Source of the DNA: Chrysomallon squamiferum
Taxonomy: Eukaryota > Animalia > Mollusca
Direction of reading: 5' to 3'
DNA length: 64,000 bases
Assembly (NCBI GenBank): GCA_012295275.1
Contig: CM022676.1
Location: 6,944,001-7,008,000, forward strand
In this document: positions 1 to 11,573 of the stretch, one piece after another
Layout of the letters: each line of letters starts with the position of its first letter
How positions within the stretch are numbered: the first letter of the stretch is position 1
The notes under the pieces: model-generated
Seen by the model: only the letters and a program-made list of their open reading frames with translations
Told to the model about the DNA's origin: nothing
The model's database searches: none
Position numbers and translations under genes: made by a program

Positions 1-57
1 GGATTTACTATCAACAAGGTCGTGTATTGTGGATACCATTCCTCTGACTATCTCCAG
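1..57 (+). CDS. SPFH-like gene, internal exon (5' truncated by window edge)
   Basis: GFTINKVVYCGYHSSDYLQ followed by cag|GTactg donor. Confidence 0.7.
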
Positions 58-886
58 GTACTGGCAATAGTTTATGAATCTGTTTGTTTTTATGACAGTA
101 ATAATGATGATGATAATGATGATGATGATGATAATATCTATAATAACAATAATGAGAACAATAATAATTGTAATAATATTAATGATAATATAATGAAAAT
201 GAAATAATAATAATAACAATAACAATAGCAATCTCTGTTCTTCTAGTCCATGCAGAACAATGCTATAGAGTCTAGAACTCAGATGAGGCTGAATGCTGAA
301 CTTGAAGATCAAAAACAGAAGATAACTGATTTCAAGCTGTCAAAGGAACAAGATCGTATGAAATTCAGTGAGTTACAAACAGTTAACTATTTCAGTAACA
401 CAACTGAGAGTATTAGAACATAGAGTCTTAATATATCTGTACTTCAGAATAATTTTTCTTCTCTTTGTAACAGCCATTAAATATATTCCCAAGGGTTCCT
501 GATAGCAAATTAAATCCATTAGGAAGAATAAACAATTTATTTAATGATATCTATTAATGTTAATTTAATATGTATGATAAAGAACCATACTGACAATGCC
601 ATACTGAGAGTTAATCTTTGGTTCATTGGTCTAGTAGATGTTTTTCATTGATATGGTAGCCTTTGATAAATTTGTTACATAGCACTGACTAATGTGAAAC
701 CTTATGTGAACTGATGTGAATTGAACCTTTGGTCACTGATGGGTCTACATCACTAAGTTAAAAACAAAGAAAAAGGAAAGAATGAAAGAATGAAAGAATG
801 AAAGAAAGGTAGGAAGGAATGAGAAAAAGAATGATGAAGACAGAAAAAGAATAGTGATTATCTGTGTGTGTGTGTGTGTGTGTGTA

Positions 887-930
<44 letters not shown>

Positions 931-1909
931 TATATATTTGGGAGTGTGTCTTTATGTTTGTATGTGTGTATGTCTTTATGGTTGTGTGTGTATGTGTCTT
1001 TATGTTTGTGTGTCTTTGTGTGTCTTTGTGTATTCTTTTTTAAGTCAGGCGAAGAAAAGATAAACAATAAACAATATTAAACATTTTGGGATTGTGATGA
1101 AAAAATATATGTTGTTGTTGTTGTTGTTTTATTTGTTTATTTTGACATTTTTCAGAACATGAATTAGAAAAATCGCGACAGATTCATTCACAAAAGTTGG
1201 ACGAGCTAATGATGACACATGAGTTAAAGAAACAACAACTACAACATCAGCAGAAAGTACAGCTAGAGAGTGATAAGACAAAAACCAAATTAGGTACAGA
1301 AATTATTATTATCATATCAGAAATGTTTTGAATCAGAATGAACAAATATTCTATAATAATAATTAAGAATATCTTAAAGTTCATTTAGTGAATATTACAA
1401 ATCAGTATTCTTTTAATAAGATTATAAAAATGACAAATAATTCAAAAGTTTAGCCAAATGGCTTTATCAGTATGAAAAATCAATTCCAGAACTTGTTTTA
1501 TTTATTTGTACATTTAGTAAAGCAAGTACTATTTAACATTAAGTGCAGATGTGATATTTATATCTATAAAGAGAAAGAAAGGGAGAGAGATGAAAAGAGA
1601 GAAAGAGAAAGGGAGAGAATATGAGAAAGGGTAGTAAATCTGGACTGGTTTTTTGTGAGGTTGCATTTAAATATTTTTTTTTTTTATTTGTCATTTCTTA
1701 ATATTTAATATTTTTAGATATTTTATCTTATAAATTAATACTTCCTTTTTTTCATATTCAGAACATAAGGCAGCCATAGACAGCAGCCATATTGAATTTC
1801 TGACAAAGGTGAAGGAGCTGGGGTGGATCTGACCAAATACCTCTCCACACAAGTGGACCCTCCAGTCAAGGAGGAAATACAGATCAAAGAAAATGTCAAG
1901 GCCATATGA
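1..1909 (+). CDS. 3' part of an uncharacterised SPFH/band-7-like coiled-coil protein gene; join(<1..57,247..367,1156..1293,1762..1909) with an apparent 1-nt deletion at ~1821
   Basis: Four GT-AG exons with matching phases (0,1,1) translate as GFTINKVVYCGYHSSDYLQ|SMQNNAIESRTQMRLNAELEDQKQKITDFKLSKEQDRMKF|KHELEKSRQIHSQKLDELMMTHELKKQQLQHQQKVQLESDKTKTKL|EHKAAIDSSHIEFLTKVKELG. As written the frame stops at TGA 1830-1832. Adding one G gives GVDLTKYLSTQVDPPVKEEIQIKENVKAI* (TGA 1907-1909). The family call is from recalled motif resemblance (KVVYxGY..LQ.M..AI..RT..RL, GVDLTKYL), not a search. Confidence 0.7.
247..367 (+). CDS. SPFH-like gene, internal exon
   Basis: ttcttctAG acceptor, GTgagt donor, open frame SMQNNAIESRTQMRLNAELEDQKQ... 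Confidence 0.75.
863..926. repeat. (TG)n microsatellite
   Basis: Direct inspection. Confidence 0.95.
1156..1293 (+). CDS. SPFH-like gene, coiled-coil exon
   Basis: tttttcAG acceptor, ag|GTacag donor, phase 1-1, E/K/Q-rich helix. Confidence 0.75.
1762..1909 (+). CDS. SPFH-like gene, terminal exon (frameshift at ~1821)
   Basis: catattcAG acceptor; EHKAAIDSSHIEFLTKVKELG then, after a one-base shift, VDLTKYL...KAI*. Confidence 0.65.
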
Positions 1910-2590
1910 AATCTAATTCATTTGTCATTTAATTAAACAAAAAATAATATGTGATAAATACACTAAGTAAAACAGCAAAATTTTATTCCTGTCAATTGTA
2001 AATTTTGACCTAAATGAGCAAGGATTTGACCTGTGAACTTTGACCTGCTAACTCAACATGGATCTCCTTTGACTGGATGAACTTTGACCATTAGACTGAA
2101 AACATTAACTGTTACGTAATTTTTAGTCTTTTTCATACATTTTCCTTCATCTATAATATTCCAGACACATTTAAGATATTTGACATCATCTTTTTATAAT
2201 TTGACTGTCTCAATTGTTGTTATTTATTATTAGTATACACATTAATTAATTTGAGTATATGAAAATAGAGCTATGAGGCAAACAATAATTAAAGAGCTAT
2301 ACATTACTCATCATCTGACTTTTAAAAAGAATTTACTTCACAAATGAAGAGAGAATGTTTGTTTGTTTTTTTTTTTTTTTTTTTTACTTCTTGCAGCTTT
2401 TACAAATCTTTTTAATATATTTATTTTTTATATATTTTATTTTATTAAAAATAAAAAAGTGATATTGTCAGAGGCAGCATATCACCATTTAATTTTATAA
2501 AATTAAATTTATTTTTAATATATATATTAATATTATACATGTTAATGTCTGTGTGTATACTGATATATATACATAAACACACACACACAT

Positions 2591-2627
<37 letters not shown>

Positions 2628-2759
2628 TACTTACATACATCCACACATATACACACACAAACACATCTTTATATACTGTAATAAAAAATGTCTAAATATT
2701 TATATTACAAATTTACCATTTTAGTTTATATTTACTATTCTTAGTTCCATATTTATTTT

Positions 2760-3545
2760 ATCTATATTCTATGGTTCAAGTATCTCTTACATATGCACAC
2801 AAACACATACCATCATATAATATCAAATATCTAAATGTATTATTTTTTTTGTCTGTTAATTTATTTTTACAATTCTTAGTTTCATATACATTTTATCAAT
2901 ATTCTACAGTTCAGCTATCTCTTGCACACACAAACATATATATTTTTATGTAATATCAAAACTAAATATATATATGCATTGTATCTATATTCTGCCATTC
3001 AAATATCTGTTATGTATGCACACAAACACACAAATATTTTATTTTGTGTTAAATTTGTAATACCTAAAAAAATAGTTAAATATATGTACACACACAAACA
3101 CATAAAATATTCTAAATGATTTTTTTTTTTTTTTTTTTTTCTATTCTTGATATCTGTATAGTACAGTTCAAATATCTTTTATACACACACACACACTCAT
3201 ATTTTTATGTAATATCAAATATCTAAATATATTAAGTATTTTGTTATCATATGTATTGTATCTATATTCTGCCATTCAAATATCTGTTATGTATGCACAC
3301 AAACACATACTGTCATATAATATCAAATATCTATTTATTTTGTCAGTTAATTTATTTTTTACTAGTCTTAGTTTTACCTATGTTGTGTATATTCTACAGT
3401 TCAAGTATGATCTCTTATGTACACACACAAACACATATCATTATATCAAATATCTAAATATATTATTTATTGTCAGTAAATTTATTTTTGCTAATCTTAT
3501 TTTTATATACCTTAATCTGTATTCTACAGTTCAGGTATCTTTTAT
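2760..3545. repeat. Degenerate tandem repeat (about 7 units of ~90-170 bp) between two convergent 3' ends
   Basis: Recurring core tattctacagttcaagtatctct...cacacaaacaca...taatatcaaatatctaaat near 2765, 2900, 2990, 3160, 3265, 3390, 3520. Confidence 0.8.
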
Positions 3546-4374
3546 AGAAATCTCAGGAACAAATTCTGGATAGTTTACACAATTTATTTTGTAAAAATAT
3601 TCAAGAAAATTTATAATGCAAATTAATCTAAATATCTGTGATATTTTATGGAATAGAATCTTCAGAATATTTTGAGGTTATTTGATCCTTCTTTTAAACA
3701 AACTTTAATAATGAAATGTTTAAAGTGAATTTTATTTTGTATTATTATTATTATTTTTTGTTGTACGAATTCTGAATTTATATAAATTAATTTGAGCATA
3801 GAAAACTTTTGAAACAATTATGGAAAATAAAAGTAAATAGCTTTTTTTTCTTTGTGTTTTAGTCGTGGTTGTTTTGTATGTTTTTCACTTAATTAGTTTT
3901 AAATATTTGAATTCATAAAAATATTCTCTTTTTTCTTCTATTTTTCTATAAATTAAATCCCATAGACATCAAATCACCTAACATGGTTTTTACTATACGT
4001 GAAATTGGTCACCGAGTTGGATTGGGATATAACTACCAGTATAGATTAGTTTCATGCATCATCATACATACAGAAATTATCTATGAACTATTCTATTTAT
4101 CCTAAGTACTCATTATATATTAAATTCACTTTGAAAACAAACACAAGTCAGTATGTCAATGTCAGTTTATTACACAGTTTTTATAATGCAACTTACTCTT
4201 TTTTTTACGAAACAATATCCATCAATTTCAAATCGACCAAACTTCAATATTTGTACACATCACAAAACTAACATAACTGCTTGCAGTATGATGTTCATTT
4301 TACTATTCCAAGTTACGACAAAATTAAATACAGTCACGTCTAAGTATATATATTTTTTCTTCTTTCTGACGGGG

Positions 4375-4496
4375 TTAAACTTCGTAATATGGTATGTTTG
4401 CTGGATCTTCCTCAGTTATCTCCTCTTCTTCAGTTACTTGTGTCTGTACAAGGGTTTCTTTTATTTCACCCAGACCCACAGGTTCCAATGGAACAT
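4375..4496 (-). CDS. ATP5PF: ATP5PF terminal coding exon
   Basis: tttttcAG acceptor, phase 1, DVPLEP...PYYEV-TAA; minus-strand AATAAA at 4166-4171. Confidence 0.85.
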
Positions 4497-4754
4497 CTGA
4501 AAAAAAACAAAACAATTTAATTAATAATAAATATGATGATGAAGATGATAATTATAATTTAAAATGAAAATAAATAATAAAAAATACCAGATTTAACTAT
4601 ATTAGATATATTTTGCTTAATACTAATAATATCTACAATTTTAAAAATTTAAAAAATAATATAAAAAAGTTAAAAAAAACAACATATAAAATATTTTTAA
4701 AATTATTTTACAAACTGAAAATAAGATAAGCTTCCAATGAATTTTCTGTTTGTT

Positions 4755-4799
<45 letters not shown>

Positions 4800-6555
4800 A
4801 ACATATATATATGTCACAGAGGATAAGTGTAAGCAGGAATTATGTATGATCAATGAAAGTTTCAGGTAATATATATTAATCAGTTATTTTTTTTTATATG
4901 TATTCCCTGAAATTGTTTGACCTTTCACTGCACCACTCCAATTACATTCTTCCATCCTTTTATTAAAAACAATTTCTTCTTTGAATTGAAAGCGTTCAGG
5001 AGGCAATTGTTAATCCCTGGTTATATATGTACAAAATAACATCTAACATCAATAATATATACACTGAGCAGATTAGATCAATGATCTGACATAACTTTGA
5101 AATTAAATGTTAGAAATTCTTCTTTGAATTGATAATGTTTTAAGTAATGAGTAGGCAATTGTCAATCCTTAGTCATTCCTATTTCCTGTAAAAAAAAAAA
5201 ACCCACACACACACACACACACAAAAAGACACATACATTTACACATACATACTGAGCAGTCTGTGTTGGTAAATTTCACACACCTTTGAAATTAAATGTT
5301 GGGAATTCAGTCATGTCTACTCCTTCCTTGACTCCATACACTCGGTTGATTTTTTCTAACTCCTCCTGAAGACGGTGTTCTACTTCTGGGTTTGCATCTA
5401 CCAGTTTACCACCTACAGCCCTGAAAACGTGGTACACAATGTACAAAAATAACAATTTCTCAACACATTATCTACACTGGACACAGCTTTGGGAAGTCAA
5501 AAGCATGGATGCCGAAAAGACAAGGTAAGTCTGAGATGAAAGATATGACAGAGAGGTGGGGGACACAAGACAGCAGATAACTGAAGATTGTCAGAGACAC
5601 ATGAATTTTATCACTGCCTTACAGCAAGGCTGTCTTAAGGCATGGGCAAACATTAGACAGTTGCCAGAGGATCCCACAAATCTAGGGTCTGTGCAATCCA
5701 TGAATACAGTGACATGCTGTCAATTATCTTGTTGTCATTGTGTGTATAGGGGCCCTATTATGCTGCTTTGTCCTGGTGCCCATAATGCTGTTAAGATGGC
5801 CCTGCCCTGGAGACTCGAGTACACAATGGGCAGTCATGATGGCATTTCTGTATTATTACATAATTTGTAATAGTGAAAAAGTAAATGCTAACAATTAGAG
5901 ATAGAGAGATAGTAATAGTATTAGTATACAAATAAACATACTAAATCAAGTTTCAGATTTTGGGATTTTGAGAATTCTTAGGCCATTTTGGTGGTGCTGT
6001 GAATCTTGATTAGGCATAATCTTATAAATAAATGTCAGATTTGAATAAAGACACATTTTTAAAATATACAAATAATCAGAATAAAAAACAACAATAAAGT
6101 AAAATTATTGTAATAATTTAAATAATAATCTACCATTACTACTGAGTACTGTTATAACAATAACAACAATATTCTTTTGATAATAATAACAATAATACAT
6201 TAATATTAGTAGCAAAGCTACTAAAATATTATCAGTATGTGTATCAATCAGCAACTTAAGTATCAGCTGATATCAAGATGTTTTTCTTTTACTTTTTATT
6301 AACCTATATCATCTGCCATATTTTAAGTATTTAGGTGGGATTTTTTAGCACTTTCTAGGGTTTTGTTTTGTTTTGTTGATTTTTTGCTTACTTGCTTTTC
6401 TTTGCATAATCTCTGATCTTTTCTACAAACAGCTGCTGAATTGGGTCAAGATCTGCCTTCTGTGCAACTACTGCGGAAATTCCAATGTTTCTCCGAGCAT
6501 GATGTGACAGTACCTGCCTGGCTAAGTTTAGCCGAGAGACTAAACGTGGCAACAT
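4375..6555 (-). CDS. ATP5PF: ATP synthase peripheral stalk subunit F6 (coupling factor 6), mitochondrial; complement(join(4375..4496,5284..5420,6392..6555)), 140 aa
   Basis: Translation MLPRLVSRLNLARQVLSHHARRNIGISAVVAQKADLDPIQQLFVEKIRDYAKKSK|AVGGKLVDANPEVEHRLQEELEKINRVYGVKEGVDMTEFPTFNFK|DVPLEPVGLGEIKETLVQTQVTEEEEITEEDPANIPYYEV*. It carries the F6 motifs RRNIG.SAV, LDPIQ.LFV.KIR.Y, GG..VDA and DM..FPTF.F, plus an Arg-rich transit peptide. All junctions are GT-AG with consistent phases. Confidence 0.95.
5284..5420 (-). CDS. ATP5PF: ATP5PF second coding exon
   Basis: AVGGKLVDANPE...DMTEFPTFNFK; ttttcAG / GTgtgt. Confidence 0.95.
5625..5804. mobile_element. Non-autonomous DNA transposon remnant (MITE, hAT-like) in ATP5PF intron
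   Basis: Imperfect terminal inverted repeats caaggctgtcttaa ... ttaagatggccctg; flanking 8-mers ccttacag / ccctggag (5/8 identical, possible decayed TSD); GC-richer than surroundings. Confidence 0.55.
6392..6555 (-). CDS. ATP5PF: ATP5PF first coding exon
   Basis: Acceptor ttttcAG 1 nt before ATG (so a non-coding exon lies upstream); donor GTaagc. Confidence 0.95.
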
Positions 6556-7182
6556 TCTGAAAATAACAAAACAATTAAAAACATCTGGTACATATAAACT
6601 ACTGGACTATTATGCATAACACATAACATATAGTATATACATCATAAAGCATTGAGCAACTAACTTAAAAGAAACCCGAGTTAATTCAAACGTTTTAAAA
6701 GTGCATGGAATGCGCCTCTCAGCCCTCTAGGTTTCTTTCCTTGGTACAAAAAACACCGATGATATTATATAGAATATTATATGCTATTTGTGTTACCACT
6801 CATCTGTGAAGTCAAATTCGTCAACAAAAGGAACATAACATCAAATATTAAGTTTTTATTCTAGGTATTCTGATTACACTCACAGCGATATCTCAGATAA
6901 GAACTAATCTGTAATCACGATAATAATAATAATTATTATTATTATTTCAAATAAGCTTATATTTCTTATTTACTTAAATTATTGAATCTGAGATTTGAGA
7001 AGTTTATGTCGACATGTGAAGTTATGACCGGTAACATATAACGCAACGGTCATTCATTTTGTTTGTCTAATAAAATGTACAAGAAAATAACATAATGGTA
7101 TAAATAAACTGACAGCTGACAGAATGGATTATGCAAATACTTAATGAAGTACTTATTCATCACTTATTTACGTAAAACATAC

Positions 7183-7302
7183 CCGACAAAGTTGACCAAA
7201 ATCAGCACTTAGAGGTCAAGACTGTAGGAATTAACTGAGCCCCAACAACAACTACGCTTTTTAGAAACGACATAATAACCAGTCTACAGATACTACATTG
7301 CC
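7183..7302 (-). promoter_or_regulatory. Candidate proximal promoter and non-coding first exon of ATP5PF
   Basis: Minus-strand donor tcgg|GTatgt at 7182; CpG-containing region; ACTAC motifs at 7251 and 7292 (actacattgcc, ZNF143/THAP11-like); AGGTCA half-site at 7213. Confidence 0.45.
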
Positions 7303-7542
7303 TATACCAGGACCTAAATGCTGATTTCAGTTCAATCTTTTTTTTTTTTTTTTTTTTTTATCCATATCTCTTTGTATAAAATAAATAAATAAAAATAAAT
7401 TACTGTGTTAATAAAACAGATTAAATGAACATACATTCAGAACCAACGTACAACTGCTTAATTTCACATTTAATTGCATTCGACATATTAATAAAATAAA
7501 CAAATAAATAAACAAATAATATATATATATATATATATATAA

Positions 7543-7579
<37 letters not shown>

Positions 7580-7724
7580 CTAATTAACTAAATAAATAAA
7601 TAAGAATAAGAATTTAAAAAATAATTAAAATACTAATACTATGACTGATAAATAAATACTTTTTACAGTTATAAACGTTAATACGAATATGGTGAGTAAC
7701 TATAATTATAATGAAAGAGGAAGC

Positions 7725-7870
7725 AGTTTAACAAGTGATCATTCATGCGTACTATCCCATAGACAGGCTTTGTAGCAGAACATCTGATAAACCAGTTTAC
7801 AGAGCAAGCCTGTCAGTTGGAATGTGATACAGCCGACCAGGAGTAGCGGAAAGGTTCGATCTTGCGACAA
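7725..7870 (-). mobile_element. Degenerate SINE-like repeat fragment
   Basis: actatcccatagacagg...tgataaaccagt...ggttcgatc resembles, from memory, an abundant gastropod tRNA-derived SINE; probable related fragments at ~10560, ~16045, ~17110 and ~35115. Confidence 0.4.
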
Positions 7871-8336
7871 CATATATTTCGGATCAACGCACACCAATAA
7901 TACTAAAAAAAAAAAAAAAAAAATACGGAAATTTATATATGCTATAGTTTACTAATGTTCTCGGTTACTGTGAAATAATAAAAATGAATGGAATTTTTTT
8001 TTTTTTTTTTATATTCGGTTTTCCATGCCTAGACAAATTTTAATACATCTGTCTTGAAAATTCCATGAAAAAGAACTTAAATGTGCGTTATTTAAAATTA
8101 GTACTAAAAGATAAACAGACGTAAACATCTTCAACATAAATTTATGTATTTGTGTTAGCATTTGTGTTACTAGTAGTAGTTGTTGTTGTAGTAGCAGCAG
8201 CAGCAGGAGGACCATTAGAAGTACATTTATAGATAAAAGGAAGATGTCATAATTTTCAAGGTGAAATTTAATGATTTTAAAATTAAATAATAATAATCAC
8301 ACAACAATGATTATGATGATGGTGAAGATGATGATG

Positions 8337-8387
<51 letters not shown>

Positions 8388-9349
8388 TAAATAAATAATG
8401 GTCAGGTAGGGAGAACGTTTTATTTTAATTCAGATATATAGATTTACATTTTGGATAATTTTGTATAAATGCCCTAATATGGATAGCAAAAAAAAAAAAA
8501 AAAAAAAAATTATTAATTATAATTTTAAAATAATTTAAAAAACCCGCCATATTATTTTGATACAATTTACCCTGAGTCTGTTTTGCATTACTTATATCAA
8601 CATAAAATAAATGACTGTATCGCTAAATTGTGATGCACATATCACACGTCCGTAGAATCCGAAATGCTGTAGCCTTTGCAGTACGACATACATATATAAG
8701 TATACACCGTATACAATGCCGGGGTACGATCCTGTAGGCCTCTAGGCAACAGGTACTTAAATATATTAAAGAAAACTAAGCCCGTAAACTCCATGTCTTA
8801 GCCTAGCAGTAACCCGTATAACTGACTATAGAGTAAACCATCGATGATCAATTTAACGCATTAACATGGGCGAGAGATATCCGATGTTCCCCTTATTTTA
8901 ATATAAAGGCCACACGGCTGTAATATAAACATTTAATGTTCACACAATTTTTAATTTTAAATAAAATTTAAAAACAACACACACACACACACACACACAT
9001 ATATAATAACAATAAAAATAAATACTATTAATAAAGTTAAGGAAATTAGTCAGCCACATTTTTGTCCTGTAAATCAGTGTTCGATTGAATTGTTTTATTT
9101 TACGATTAAAATTTTTGAAGCATAATATTAATAATAATTCAGTTTATTCATTAATTAACAAAGACTGAACTTAGCATAGTCAGTGCCCAGAAAGTGTAAG
9201 TAAAAAAAAAAAACACCAAAAAACAAACAACAACAACAACAACAACAAAACATACTGTTTTTATTTAAATCACATACAGCTCATGTTATAAAACGACCTA
9301 TAACATCAATAAAATAAATGACAATGAAATCGTGACCGCAATATATTGA

Positions 9350-9985
9350 ATATGCCAATCCCAAAGGTCAAAAGCCGCAGATGCTAAAGCAGTTAGTCAC
9401 GTGACAAGAATCTGGAGAAAATTTGCGCTTTGTGTGCAATTTCCGTTACCACAGGTTTCCGGTTCATTCCCTTCGTAATTCAGGTGAAGTTTTGAAAGAA
9501 AAACAACAGTAACATATTTGTAAGTATACAGGTCATTTAAAGATTTCAATTTTATAATAGTTCTGATCGACTTTGGTGAAAGTCGTCCGATAATTGAGAT
9601 ACGCGAGCCGCATGTTTGTGCCTGATGGCAAACAGGATGTGGTGCGTGATTTTCAGCCGGAAGTTTTAGAAATAAACATCGAGCAGACATCTATTTCCTC
9701 TCATCATCTCCATCATCTTTGAACTTTTGATAATCTTCAAAAAATGTGTAATCCAAATAACCGTTTTCAGTACCTTAGTTCAGTAGTTAGGGTCACTGGG
9801 CGAGGCTTAAATGGCGGCCATGTTTCTTGCAAACCACTACCGAAACTGGGGCAAACGACATCGAATAATGGCGAACGGCAAGTACGCGAATTTTTCAATG
9901 AAATGCGTCTTTATCTGAGATTTTGTTACGTAACTGCTGTATGTATATATCAAATACAAAATAATAACTGAAGACAACAGGTAAT
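9350..9985. promoter_or_regulatory. CpG-rich promoter region of GABPA, possibly bidirectional with ATP5PF
   Basis: CCAAT 9355; CAAAGGTCA 9362; palindromic GTCACGTGAC 9396-9405; ETS TTCCGG 9457; CCGGAAGT 9657-9664; YY1-like AAATGGCGGC 9809-9818; plus-strand donors GTAAGT 9520 and cag|GTAATT 9981; minus-strand donor aag|GTactg at 9773. Confidence 0.7.
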
Positions 9986-11536
9986 TCAGAATAATATTTA
10001 ATTAAATGAATACTGTAAATTTTTATTCTTTATAACTGAATGATACACTTAATGCTTTATTCAGATTGAATTAAATAGTAAATATTTAAAGTAGTAGATA
10101 ACTAAGATGTTAAACTGAGCACTAGATAATAGATTGAGAGTGAAAGATGAGTATGATTATATGGAAATCTTTCAACTTAAGTTTACCTTTTGTTTGTGAA
10201 GGTTTCGCTACAATAGTTTTATTTGAAATTGTTGAGAATCTGTACATTTGTAAAATGTATTATTGGAACTAAATTGAAGTCAGATATCTTTATTGTATTT
10301 TATCCAGCATAATTAATGATATTTTAGCCTTAATATAACATAAGAATACATTTTTGTTAATTATTTCTTGCTATAAAAAATATTGTTGGTTATTGATTTT
10401 CAATTCATAATTAAAATATGAAAGTAGGCTGGTTTTTGTGGGATTACAAAATTAGTTATTATCAGTGACCATATTGCATTATGTCCCTTTGCAGTCTATG
10501 CTTTCTTATTAATATATCAAATATTTTGGAATATATATTTATGTCTGTGTGAATATGTATACAAGATACCCTCTGCTACTAACTGATATATAATAGTAAG
10601 TTTTCATTCATATATCATGACAGTAAAACCCCACCAGACCTTTCCCCAAAACACAAATATGTTTTGATCACTGATGATTATTTATATGAAAGTACTGTGA
10701 AATACTGTTAAATATTTATTTATTAATTCAAGAAAATAGAGTATTTATGATTATTATTATTATTACTGAAATGTTGTTCTGCTTATTTTACTTCATCATC
10801 TTCTTCTTCTAGTTCTTCTTCTACTTCTTTCTCTTCTTCTTTTCCTTCTTCTTCTTCTTCTTCTTCTTATTATTTATATACTTTGTGCAAAATTATAATC
10901 ACATTAATTCTGTTGAACATCAAAAATCCTTGTCCACTCTCTATTTCTCCCCTCTCTATTCCATTGTCTTTTCTCTTCACATTTAGTTGCTGGGTACCCA
11001 TGACCATCCCATTATTTAAAAAACAAAAAAACAAACAAAAAACCCCAGAATTATTCTGCTATATGTATAAGTTTTACCTGGTGCAGAGATAAATGTCAAC
11101 TTGTCAGCAAGACAGTATCATACTACATGCATGATATTATTTTGACATCTGTTCACTAAACTTAAGCAGAGTTTATCAAATGTTTTATCAATTTTTTTTT
11201 TTTTTTTTTTTTTTAATTAAATGAAGTCATGTGTCATCCACCCACTTACTAATCCAGGAAGGAAGACAAATTTTTACTAAGGGACTAAATGAAAACAAGG
11301 AAAATAATTTATAAGGAAGTCTCACATTTGACATGTTTATTATTTTTCAGCTTAAATTACACTTAATAAAGTAGTTAATATAATTTACATTTATTTATTT
11401 ATTTATTTATTATACACATTTTAATGTTATTAATTCTTTTAATTATTTTTAAAAAAACCCAATAAACTAAGAACTCTGACAAATAGATATGTATCCCTAT
11501 TAAAATATTTATTTATTTATTTATTACTGTTATTTT

Positions 11537-11573
<37 letters not shown>

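Noticed and set aside
5556-5870. 104-aa plus-strand ORF in the ATP5PF intron
   Set aside because: GTG start, overlaps a MITE-like element, no transposase or other motif.
7762-7814. Hairpin gacaggctt...aagcctgtc, possible pre-miRNA or SECIS
   Set aside because: Only a 9-bp perfect stem, no known mature miRNA or SECIS core, not in a 3' UTR, and it lies in a probable SINE remnant.
9397-9971. ORFs 9397-9690 (-) and 9744-9971 (+) as small proteins between ATP5PF and GABPA
   Set aside because: They lie in the GC-richer promoter region and have no recognisable protein features; better explained as 5' UTR/promoter sequence.
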